From: Verrucomicrobiia bacterium
Lineage (GTDB): Bacteria > Acidobacteriota > Terriglobia > Acidiferrales > UBA7541
DNA: 64,000 nt
Direction of reading: 5' to 3'
Assembly: GCA_035571045.1 (NCBI GenBank)
Contig: DATMKS010000096.1
Coordinates: forward strand, 65,028 to 129,027
The position numbers were made by a program, and so were the translations under genes. The notes beneath the pieces were generated by a model. That model saw nothing but the letters and a program-made list of their open reading frames with translations, was not told the DNA's origin and ran no database searches. Positions within the stretch are counted from its first letter, which is position 1, and each line of letters opens with the position of its first letter. This document shows, piece after piece, positions 16,943-27,088 of the stretch.

Positions 16943-17737
16943 ATGGTACATCTGACATACAAGCTTTTTCTGGCCCTCTATCTTGCACATTTGTTGGCTG
17001 ACTTTGTGTTTCAGACAGATAGCGTCGTGACCACAAAAAAGGAAGGCAGGTGGCGAAGTTACCTGCTCCACGGAACTACACACTACGCGACCACCCTAGC
17101 TATTGTCGCGGCGATGAATCCTGGCTTAGTCGTGACATGGATGTTTGAACGTGTCGTGCTTGCTCTTTGCTTGGTCCACCTGCTCTTGGACTGGGCCAAG
17201 TTCGCACTGGCCCATAGGAGATGGATTCCCGATAACGTATGGAGTTTTACTGCTGATCAGGCCGCACACCTTGCAACCGTAGCAGGCGCGACACTTCTTA
17301 TCACACGAGCCCCTTGGCAGTCAGTTGTGCCCTATCTTCAGAAGATTCGTTTGGGGCAAGACAAAATTCTGCTAGTGGCTGTCATCTACGTTGTGGTTGT
17401 TTTCTGTGGTGGATACTTCATACGTTTTTTGATTCAACCACTATGGAAAGAGAAACCTGGCAAGCATACACAGGAGCATGACGAAGTCGTGAACGCGGGG
17501 CTTTACATAGGGTGGCTCGAACGATTCTTGGCGCTGACGGCGGTCTTTCTTCAATCTCCCGGTACAGTGGGATTGATTCTTGCAGCGAAGTCAATTGCCC
17601 GTTATCCGGAGCTGAAGCCTCCAGGACGTTTCGTGGAATATTTCCTGATCGGAACGCTCTTAAGCATCAGCATCGCCATCGCCGGAGGGATTATTCTCCT
17701 TAAAGTATTCGACGGGACGGTGAGTCTCGGTAAATGA
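16943..17737 (+). CDS. DUF3307-domain membrane protein (SatE-like)
   Basis: AHLLADFVFQT, LLHG, HLLLD, DQAAH, NAGLYIGWLER, AAKSIARY, EYFLIGTLLS. Confidence 0.88.
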   Translation: MVHLTYKLFLALYLAHLLADFVFQTDSVVTTKKEGRWRSYLLHGTTHYATTLAIVAAMNPGLVVTWMFERVVLALCLVHLLLDWAKFALAHRRWIPDNVWSFTADQAAHLATVAGATLLITRAPWQSVVPYLQKIRLGQDKILLVAVIYVVVVFCGGYFIRFLIQPLWKEKPGKHTQEHDEVVNAGLYIGWLERFLALTAVFLQSPGTVGLILAAKSIARYPELKPPGRFVEYFLIGTLLSISIAIAGGIILLKVFDGTVSLGK

Positions 17738-17955
17738 CCTGAAGGCAACTCTGATCACAATAGTAGGGCGGCTTAAATTCATAGTTTATTTCTGGCATGC
17801 CGAAGATTTCCCAAATTCACGGAGCACTACTGGAAGATAATGATTTAACGATGCCACGGCTTGCCATTTGGCCGCTAGAAAACAAAGACCTTCCCCGATC
17901 TTTGCCTTCGGTGCGTTTTGAACTTGGACCTCAACAGTCGGGATTCGCTGGGGCG

Positions 17956-19155
17956 TCAACCACGAGGCGAAGTCGCTGGCGCAGAATCCGCGGCACGCGA
18001 CGCTGTTACAGGCACCATCTGGCCCTTCCGCATTGTGTATTCCTGGCCGCCCCACGTAATGCGGTTGGAAGCAAAGCCTGCGATCCAGACCGCCGAATAA
18101 ATGGCATCCCGCAAAGGGACAAGCCAGAGCTTCTTGCGTAGCACGTCGTCGCCGACTCCCCAAACTCCGACCGTCCAAGCCATGACGTGACGCAACACAA
18201 AATAAGCGAGCACGTAGGTGGCAGAAACCCACTTTGCCGGTGCGACGACCGCGGCCAACAGAGCCCATGGAAGACCAAGCGTAAAGATCAGCCCAAAATA
18301 GGAGAGCGGGCGGCACACGCGCACGGTCCTCGCCCATCGGAGTTGGTGGTCCCAGAATGTTTTGGCGGTTTGCGCGGGATACATCGTCCAAACCGGCTCG
18401 CGCGAAAGAAGAACACGTCCACCAGCTTGGGCGATCCGCAGACCTAGCTCGTAATCGTCCGCGAGCATTCCAGCGATCGACCGAAAGCCTCCAACTTTCG
18501 AGAGCCAGCGCTTGGTCGTGACGATCGAAGCGCCCAACGCAAAATTTACGCCTTCGGTCAGCTCTGCCATCAGCACACCAGCAAAAAAATCGCTTGATGC
18601 ACCGACAGCCTCGAGTTCCGCGCCAAGATTTTGCTCGGCAACGCCGCGATAAAAAGAGGTGACTATGCCGGTGCTTTCGTCCAGGAAAGGAGCGACGACT
18701 TCGCGTAAGTAGTTCGGACCGACGCGCACGTCGCCGTCCGTTACCGCGAGCATTTCGTGCCGCGCTTCGTGGGAAAGGCGCGCGAGCTTGTTTACCTTGC
18801 GATTGGCACCAAGATTTTCCGCACCGATGAGCAACCGAATGTTGCGGCCGGGAAATTCCGCGATCAAACTATGAATGAGCGGAACAGCCGGGTCCGCGGC
18901 ATCATTCACAGCAAACAAGATCTCGTAGTCGGGATAATCCAGACGGCAAAAGCTCGAGTAATTCTCATAGCTAGCGAAATCCACGCCGCGCACGGACTTC
19001 AAGAGACTAACCGGGGGGGTGTAGCTTCGGAGATTGTTCTTGCGCTCGCGGCGAAAGAAGCGCCAGGCCGCAAACGTGGCCGCGACGTAATAGGCGAGTG
19101 GCGCAGCCGCCAAGAGAAGCACCGCATCGCGCCATCCTGAATGAAAAATTGTCAC
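17956..19155 (-). CDS. hpnI: HpnI-like / ceramide-glucosyltransferase-type GT2
   Basis: PPVSLLKSVRG, DYPDYEILF, ANRKV, DGD, LADDYELG, HQLRWART (QxxRW). GTG start inferred; ORF is open to 19269. Confidence 0.85.
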   Translation of the reverse strand: MTIFHSGWRDAVLLLAAAPLAYYVAATFAAWRFFRRERKNNLRSYTPPVSLLKSVRGVDFASYENYSSFCRLDYPDYEILFAVNDAADPAVPLIHSLIAEFPGRNIRLLIGAENLGANRKVNKLARLSHEARHEMLAVTDGDVRVGPNYLREVVAPFLDESTGIVTSFYRGVAEQNLGAELEAVGASSDFFAGVLMAELTEGVNFALGASIVTTKRWLSKVGGFRSIAGMLADDYELGLRIAQAGGRVLLSREPVWTMYPAQTAKTFWDHQLRWARTVRVCRPLSYFGLIFTLGLPWALLAAVVAPAKWVSATYVLAYFVLRHVMAWTVGVWGVGDDVLRKKLWLVPLRDAIYSAVWIAGFASNRITWGGQEYTMRKGQMVPVTASRAADSAPATSPRG

Positions 19156-19315
19156 GCTGAGGTTCTCTTCCCGTGAGCTCAGGGTTCCTCGCGGATCCGC
19201 TGAACGCCACTTCAGTAGCTTGCCACAAAGCGGAACGCTCCGGTATTTCTCGCGAGTTCGATGAGTCAAATGGAGTACGAGGGAGAATAAAGCGAACGGC
19301 GCGCACAGCTCGGCC

Positions 19316-19690
19316 TCAGCGTTTACCTAGCCAAACAAGCGTAACGCCGACGCAAACGATAAGCACTCCGGCCCAGCGGCGGGGGGTCACCCGTTCCCCG
19401 AGAAAAAACTTACCGCCGAGTGCGCCTGCTGCGTAATTCAGCGCGGTCACCGGCACGACGAAACTGACGTTTTCAATGGATAGCACGGCCAGCAAGGAGA
19501 AAAAGGCCAGCGTCATCATGGAAATACCGATCCACATCCAGGGTACTTTCATTGCGCGCAGGATGACGCGAACAACCGCAAGCGGGCGAAAATCGGTTAC
19601 TTCTCCTACGTGCTTCATTGCGCGCGTGACGCAAATCTCTCCGCCCGTTCCGCTTGCGACCACCAGAAACAAGAGCAAAGCCTCCCGCAT
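19316..19690 (-). CDS. Small 4-TM DMT/EamA protein (ArnE/F-like)
   Basis: SFVVPVTALNY...FFLGERVTPRRWAGVLIVCVGV. Confidence 0.85.
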   Translation of the reverse strand: MREALLLFLVVASGTGGEICVTRAMKHVGEVTDFRPLAVVRVILRAMKVPWMWIGISMMTLAFFSLLAVLSIENVSFVVPVTALNYAAGALGGKFFLGERVTPRRWAGVLIVCVGVTLVWLGKR

Positions 19691-19692
19691 GT

Positions 19693-20109
19693 TTAGCGTA
19701 CCTCGGTGGTGCGAGGAGGAGTATTCCCGACGACGAAAACACCGAGACAAATAACCACAATGCCCGTCCAATGCAACGGCGAAATCCTTTCGCCAAGATA
19801 GAAGTAGCCCAAAAGGGCGACGACCAGAAGCGCGATCGAAGAGGCCGGCTGCACGTAACTGAAATCAGCCCAGGAAAGAATGAGCATATAGGCGACGAAA
19901 AACGTGAGCAATGACGCGATGCCCAGCCAGACGTATCCCGACGTAAAAACAAGCGAAATAATGTGCGGCAGCCTCGAAGGCGCCCAGGAGACTGCCGAGC
20001 CAACATTTTTCATGCCCTTGCCAAGCAGCACGTTTCCGAGCGGCGCGAAAACAACCATGATCAGAAGCATGCAGTATGTTTTGATGTGCAGGCCAGTGGA
20101 AGAGGTCAT
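19693..20109 (-). CDS. Small 4-TM DMT/EamA protein (ArnE/F-like)
   Basis: LSWADFSYVQPAS...YLGERISPLHWTGIVVICLGV. Confidence 0.85.
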   Translation of the reverse strand: MTSSTGLHIKTYCMLLIMVVFAPLGNVLLGKGMKNVGSAVSWAPSRLPHIISLVFTSGYVWLGIASLLTFFVAYMLILSWADFSYVQPASSIALLVVALLGYFYLGERISPLHWTGIVVICLGVFVVGNTPPRTTEVR

Positions 20110-20552
20110 GCAGGGCGCGCGCCAAAGGTGAGCATAGATGGACGGTAGAATTGGAAAAGAGCCGTCATCGTCTTATTCGCAAATGCATCTGGAATTCTTC
20201 CTTCTTCATCTTACATGATTTTCGCAGCACCCCAAACGACGGCTCGCGAACAACAAAGTTTCCGTCGGCGGAGATCGATCGACGCGCGCTCTGGTTCGAC
20301 TCTGGTGGCATTGGGGCCACACGATTCGCTTTTGAGAGAGTGAAATTCACGGCTATTTGCTATTCTTTTGGCGCTCGCAGTAAGCTCCAAAAAAGAAAGG
20401 ACCGGCTTTTGAAGAGACAATGATTCCTGCCCTGACGCGACTTTCAGGCCTTCCGCTGCTGGCACTTCCTATTGAGATCGTAGACGCGAGCCAAAGTGTC
20501 GTTCCAGGATCGTCAGCAAAGACGGATTCCGCTTTCCGGCGCGAGGGCCGTA

Positions 20553-21722
20553 ATGGTATCGAGTAACCTCGTTTACATCTTTCTGGGCGTCGCGGCCATT
20601 CCTTTCATCTACTATTTTCTCGCGCTTTACAGTTCGTGGCAGTTTTTCCGACAAGCTGGAAAATCGAACGCGCCTTCGGATTACACGCCTCCTGTGAGCA
20701 ATCTCAAACCAATTCGCGGCCTGGATGCTGAGGCCTACGAAAACTTCGCCAGCTACTGCAATCAGGATTACCCCGACTACGAACTTCTCTTCGGCATCGG
20801 AGACGGTGACGAAGCTGTCTTGGAAGTCATCGAGAAGCTGAAGCGCGATTTTCCGCAGCGGCGCATTCGCGTGGTCCATGTCTCCGGCCATACCGCTCCC
20901 AACGACAAAGTCGTGAAGCTGGCGCGCCTCGTGAGCGAAGCACAAAACGAAGTGCTGGTGATAAACGACAGTGACGTTCGCGTTCGGCCGAATTACCTGC
21001 GTTCCGTGGTCGCGCCTCTCCGCGACCCTAGAATTGGCGCAGTCACGTGTTTGTATGTTTCGACGCAGGAGCACACGTTTCTCCAAAAACTCCAATCCAT
21101 CGGCATGATTTGCGATTTCTACCCAGGCATCCTGGTGGCGCGACAATTGGACGGAGTAAAGTTCGCGTTCGGACAGACGATAGTGACCACCCGAAAACAT
21201 CTTGCGGGATTCGGCGGCTACGCCGCGATTGAGAACCGGCCCGCAGACGACTTGCTCGTCGGGCGCCTGGTTGCGGAACAGGGTTTTGAAGTGGAACTAC
21301 TTCCGTATGCAGTCGAGACCGTGGCTGATTTTCGCTCCTTGCGTGAGTTTTTCTTCAAACGCCTGCGCTGGATGACGGTGATGCGCCACATGCGTCCCTG
21401 GGGGCATATCGGTCTGATTTTCACCCAAGGCTTGGCTTGGTCCGTGGCGGCGGTAGCGGTTCATCCGACGGCACGAGTGGCGCTGCTTTATCTCGGCGGA
21501 TACCTCTGCGTACGCACTGCAATGACTTGGCTAATCGGTGTCCGCGGGTTGAAGCAAAAGGGGATTTGGAAAAAGATGGCGCTCGTGCCGGTGTGGGACG
21601 CGTGGGCCTTGCTAATCTGGCTGCTCAGCTTCGGGCGGAGGAGCATTCGTTGGCGCGATATTGATTATCGCATCCGGCAAGGGATGCTCGTTCCCGTAGC
21701 TCCCCCAGCCCCGCAAAAGTAG
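20553..21722 (+). CDS. hpnI: Second HpnI-like GT2
   Basis: PPVSNLKPIRG, QDYPDYELLF, NDKV, DSD, PADDLLVG, RLRW. Confidence 0.83.
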   Translation: MVSSNLVYIFLGVAAIPFIYYFLALYSSWQFFRQAGKSNAPSDYTPPVSNLKPIRGLDAEAYENFASYCNQDYPDYELLFGIGDGDEAVLEVIEKLKRDFPQRRIRVVHVSGHTAPNDKVVKLARLVSEAQNEVLVINDSDVRVRPNYLRSVVAPLRDPRIGAVTCLYVSTQEHTFLQKLQSIGMICDFYPGILVARQLDGVKFAFGQTIVTTRKHLAGFGGYAAIENRPADDLLVGRLVAEQGFEVELLPYAVETVADFRSLREFFFKRLRWMTVMRHMRPWGHIGLIFTQGLAWSVAAVAVHPTARVALLYLGGYLCVRTAMTWLIGVRGLKQKGIWKKMALVPVWDAWALLIWLLSFGRRSIRWRDIDYRIRQGMLVPVAPPAPQK

Positions 21723-21808
21723 ACACCGGTCAAAGCTTGTGCCGGCCCCACGTTCCAATCCTTTTTTGAGATGGTTCATTCGCGCGAACGAAAAGGCAAA
21801 AGAGGAAT

Positions 21809-22852
21809 ATGGGAGCGAAGATTGCGGTAGCGGGGGCGGGTATTTACGGCGCTACGGCTGCCATCCGGCTGGCGGAACAAGGACACCAGGTACATTTGTT
21901 CGACCCGCTCGGTGTGCTGCGCGCGGCTTCTGCTATCAACCAGTACCGCGTCCACGCCGGCTATCACTATCCCCGCAGCGGGGAAACGGTCAGCGAAATA
22001 GCCGAGGCGCGCACGGAGTTTACGCAGGTTTTCGCAGACGCCATTGTCCGGAACAGCCTGCATTACTATGCAATCCCGAAAGAGCATTCGCTCACTTCCC
22101 CGGATTTGTACGAGAGCATAATGAGCAAGCACGGACTCCCGCTCAAAGCGTGCCGCCCAGGCTGGATGAATTTCGATTTCATCGAAAGGTGCTACGAAGT
22201 CGAAGAAAACATTTATGATCCGGATGTGCTGAGAGGCCTTGTGGAAGCTCGCCTGAAGGCGCAAGGCATCCGCTTGCAGCAGCGAGAATTCACGCCGGAA
22301 ATGCGGCCCGAGTACGACTTCGTGGTGTGGGCGACGTACGGCTTAGGCCCCAGCCGTGGATTCTTCAAAACAGCCAAATATCAAGTCGCTGAAAAGATGC
22401 TGATCGAACTTCCTTTCCAGTTGCGCGGTGTCGCGCTGGTGGTTGTCGATGGCCCGTTCACAGCCTTTGATCCGTACGGCAGCTCCTCGCGCTCGCTCTT
22501 CGGGTCCGCGAAAAACACAAATCATTGGACTACAACGAACGCCAACGAACCGATTCCAGAGCCGTACGCCGGAATGCTGAACAAACCGGATTTTGAGCCA
22601 GTGCCCTTCACGCGGTTTGCCCCCATGCGCGCCGATTGCTGCCTCAGCGTCCCCGCGGCGAAGGACGCGGTCTACATTGGCTCACGCTTTACGATTCGCG
22701 TCGTCGAAGACAATCCCGAGCACGACCGCCGCATCCTCCATGTTCGCGAAGGCGCCCGTGGCGAAATTCACATTTTCTCAGGCAAGGTCGTGAGCGCAGT
22801 CAAGGCTGCTCGCATCGTGTGCGAAATCGTTGCGGGAACTCGCAATGGCTGA
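21809..22852 (+). CDS. FAD-dependent oxidoreductase (DAO-like)
   Basis: N-terminal GAGIYG Rossmann motif; NQYRVHAGYHYPRS. Confidence 0.85.
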   Translation: MGAKIAVAGAGIYGATAAIRLAEQGHQVHLFDPLGVLRAASAINQYRVHAGYHYPRSGETVSEIAEARTEFTQVFADAIVRNSLHYYAIPKEHSLTSPDLYESIMSKHGLPLKACRPGWMNFDFIERCYEVEENIYDPDVLRGLVEARLKAQGIRLQQREFTPEMRPEYDFVVWATYGLGPSRGFFKTAKYQVAEKMLIELPFQLRGVALVVVDGPFTAFDPYGSSSRSLFGSAKNTNHWTTTNANEPIPEPYAGMLNKPDFEPVPFTRFAPMRADCCLSVPAAKDAVYIGSRFTIRVVEDNPEHDRRILHVREGARGEIHIFSGKVVSAVKAARIVCEIVAGTRNG

Positions 22853-23594
22853 CGCGCCCGCGTATGTAATTCTTGGCCGCGGACGTTGGGCCGCAAGAAT
22901 GCAGACGATTCTCGCGGCGGAGAACCGTCGCGTTGCAAGTATTATGGAAACGAGGCAGGCCACCGGCGAAACTGACACCGCTTATAGGTCGCGCCTGGCC
23001 GAAGCGATGGCCGCGAGCAATGCGCAGATCGCGTGGCTCTGCGTGCTCCCTGGGCATCATGTTCCCATCATGATCGAAGCCGCGTTGGACGCAGGTCTGC
23101 ACCTTATCGTGGAAAAACCCTGGCAAGCCTCGCAACGCGTGACCTCGGCGCTTGTCTCGAGGGCCAAGTCACTGCGCCGCCTCATCGCCATCCATTTCGA
23201 GTACTGTCTTCTCGAAGAAGTGGAACGCTGGCGCAGGGATTTTCATCCGGGAACCGGTCTTCGCTTCGGAGGCCGCTTTCTCCTAAGCAGGCCCGACCAC
23301 ACTGGGATGTCCGCAATGAGCAATCTTGGCTCGCATCTACTCGCCATACGGGCCTACGCAACGCCGAAGTCGGTTGTGCAGGAAATTCGTTGCGGTTACG
23401 AGCAGCCGGATGAACGCTGCGTATGGCTTGAGAGACGAAACACCCGGGCGGCATTCATCGATCTTCTGGCCAACAAGGAGCCCATCATTCAGCGCTTCGT
23501 CGCCAAAGTAGAAGCCTCGCTCGAAGGCGCGGACTTCCCTTTTGATCTGGAATTCGCACGGCGCGTGGCGCATGACGGCGAGGGTCTTCGCTGA
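22845..23594 (+). CDS. Gfo/Idh/MocA-like oxidoreductase
   Basis: ILGRGRWA, GLHLIVEKP, NLGSHLL. 8-nt overlap with the upstream gene. Confidence 0.75.
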   Translation: MADAPAYVILGRGRWAARMQTILAAENRRVASIMETRQATGETDTAYRSRLAEAMAASNAQIAWLCVLPGHHVPIMIEAALDAGLHLIVEKPWQASQRVTSALVSRAKSLRRLIAIHFEYCLLEEVERWRRDFHPGTGLRFGGRFLLSRPDHTGMSAMSNLGSHLLAIRAYATPKSVVQEIRCGYEQPDERCVWLERRNTRAAFIDLLANKEPIIQRFVAKVEASLEGADFPFDLEFARRVAHDGEGLR

Positions 23595-23637
23595 AAGCCT
23601 GCGTCACGCAGCGACGGGAATACTAGCTGCGAGAATA

Positions 23638-24966
<1,329 letters not shown>

Positions 24967-25216
24967 TCAGCCTGAGCTGGATGATTGGGCTAAGCCGCGA
25001 GCGCTCAGCCGTGAGCTCCCCCGAGTGGAGCTAAATACAGTATACGTGATTAGGGCCGGAATACGTCCCCTTGTCGTTCAAAAATCCACCACGAACTAAC
25101 CCTCTGGTTAGATGCGGCAAACTGTTCTTTTTTTACAGCCAATTTGGCCCTAAAGCAAGCTGCGAAGCGTGAAGTTGGCCAAAACGCCATCTGAGCCCGG
25201 ACGGATAAGCTCATTC

Positions 25217-27088
25217 CTACTGCTGCGCCTGCTTAGCCGGAGCCGATGCGGCCGGCCGAACGAGCGAATGATTCGTCAAAATGCTCTTGCCCCCGCTGGT
25301 GGCCAAAACGTCGAGTCGATCACGCCCAACAAGATTCTCCAAAGCAGGCACACCCGTATCCCACGTAACCACGTAGTAGCGTTCTGGCTTCGCCCACAGC
25401 TCCTTAAACTGGGCGTCGTCAATAAATACACTCGGTGCACCGGGCGCGTAGGAACCGTACTCCAAATTGTTGAATCTCCCATTCAAAATGAGCGCCGTCC
25501 GGTTGGTATAAAAATAGATCGAAGAAAAAGCGTAGTACGGCCGGGCAGAAATGAGTTCCCCTTCTGGAGCACGAAGCAAAGCCTCCGCCAGCGGTCGCGA
25601 AGAGAGATACGGATCGAAAACAACCATCGCCATGTGCGCCGCATGGAAGAAAAGCACCATCATCAATGCCGCCGACAGAAAAGCCCGCGATCCCGCGGAT
25701 CGAAAGGCCCCCAGTGCGCCCACCAAAAACGCGCCGGCCGCAACCAGCAGCGGAACGCGCAGGTAGGCGAACGACTCGATCGTCAGATCTTCCATGTGCC
25801 CAAGCGAAAGCTTATAGGCAGCTGGATGATTGCTGAGCGCCGTCGAAATATCTCCCGGCGCTGGCATATTCCGCACGAGAAAAAATAAAGTTAGAGTCAC
25901 GACGGCGGCCGCCGCCGCAACCCCGCAGAGAACATACGTGCCACGGCGTATCCATTTGCCTTCTGCGGCCATGGCGGAACCGAGAAGCAAAGCCAGCGCC
26001 GGATAACACGGCATCGAGTAATACTCCTGGGTCGTAGAAAACGTAAAAAAGATCAGCAGAAAACCCGTCCAGCAAAGCGCCAGCAAACGCATCTTGCCGG
26101 CGCGATCGAGGGGTTTAAACGAAAGCTTGGCGATCGCCGGGAAGTACACGCTCCAAGGAAAAAGCCATAATAGATGGAACAGCCAGAAATAAAGCCGCGG
26201 AACGGTGTCGTAGTCGCGCGGATAGCGAAGGTTCAGAAAGCGGAGAAATTGCTCATTGATGAAAAAAAACCAGAGAAATCCATGATATTGCCCCGGGCCG
26301 CTATGCAGACCGAAATAGAAATAAGGCGGATTGCGAAGGGCGGCGAGAATGTGCCACGGCGCTGCAATCAAGAGAGCAATGACCGCTCCGCTGAAAGGAT
26401 GCAGCCGGTTCCATGTCCTAGCGGAAAGCAACTGCTTCGTCAGAAACAAATAGATAATTCCGCCAGCGAGGGGAAAAAGCACGCCAACAAGACTTTTGAT
26501 CAGTAGTCCCGTGCCGAGGCTCGCCGCTAAGACGCCCGCCCAAAGGCGCGGGTGCGTCTCTTCCTCGTCGAGAGCGCGCAGCAGCGCCCAGAACGCAAGC
26601 GCCACGGTAAACGTGAGCATCACGTCCGGAATCAAAATCCGCGTAAAGAGAAACAATCCAATGCACGTGGCCATGCACAAACCGGCGTAAAAGCCAGCAC
26701 GTTTTCCGAAAGCCCACACTCCCATCGCCGCCGTCAGCCAAGCCAGCGCCATCGCGCTCAGCGCAAACGGAATGCGCGCCGTCCAATCGTGCACGCCAAA
26801 TATTTTGTAGGAAACGACGATCGGCCAATAGTACAGCGATGGCTTTTCGAGGTACGCGACGCCATCAAGCCGCGGCGTCACCCAATCGCCCGTCTGCAGC
26901 ATCGTCCGCGCAGCCTGCGCCAGCACCGCATCCGAATCGTCCATCAACGACGGCGGAGAGATGCTGCAGCCCAGATAAACCGCTCCCGCAAAGAGCAGGA
27001 CCGCTAAGTAGATATACCTGTTTTTTCCTGTATCCAAGAAGCTGGTGCCGGCGACGGCCCCGCCTGAATTCCCCATTTTTTCATCCAT
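25217..27088 (-). CDS. ArnT/PMT-family (GT-C fold) glycosyltransferase
   Basis: MDDSDA...GDWVTPRLDGVAYLEKPSLYYW; many TM helices. Start uncertain (27112/27088/27037), and all candidates overlap asnB. Confidence 0.88.
   Translation of the reverse strand: MDEKMGNSGGAVAGTSFLDTGKNRYIYLAVLLFAGAVYLGCSISPPSLMDDSDAVLAQAARTMLQTGDWVTPRLDGVAYLEKPSLYYWPIVVSYKIFGVHDWTARIPFALSAMALAWLTAAMGVWAFGKRAGFYAGLCMATCIGLFLFTRILIPDVMLTFTVALAFWALLRALDEEETHPRLWAGVLAASLGTGLLIKSLVGVLFPLAGGIIYLFLTKQLLSARTWNRLHPFSGAVIALLIAAPWHILAALRNPPYFYFGLHSGPGQYHGFLWFFFINEQFLRFLNLRYPRDYDTVPRLYFWLFHLLWLFPWSVYFPAIAKLSFKPLDRAGKMRLLALCWTGFLLIFFTFSTTQEYYSMPCYPALALLLGSAMAAEGKWIRRGTYVLCGVAAAAAVVTLTLFFLVRNMPAPGDISTALSNHPAAYKLSLGHMEDLTIESFAYLRVPLLVAAGAFLVGALGAFRSAGSRAFLSAALMMVLFFHAAHMAMVVFDPYLSSRPLAEALLRAPEGELISARPYYAFSSIYFYTNRTALILNGRFNNLEYGSYAPGAPSVFIDDAQFKELWAKPERYYVVTWDTGVPALENLVGRDRLDVLATSGGKSILTNHSLVRPAASAPAKQAQQ

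Larger units (their letters stand above)
15783..17864. mobile_element. Degenerate integrative mini-island (integrase remnant + satD + DUF3307)
   Basis: Exact 14-bp direct repeat ATGCCACGGCTTGC at 15783-15796 and 17851-17864. Lower GC than the flanks; adjacent to a tRNA. Confidence 0.7.
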
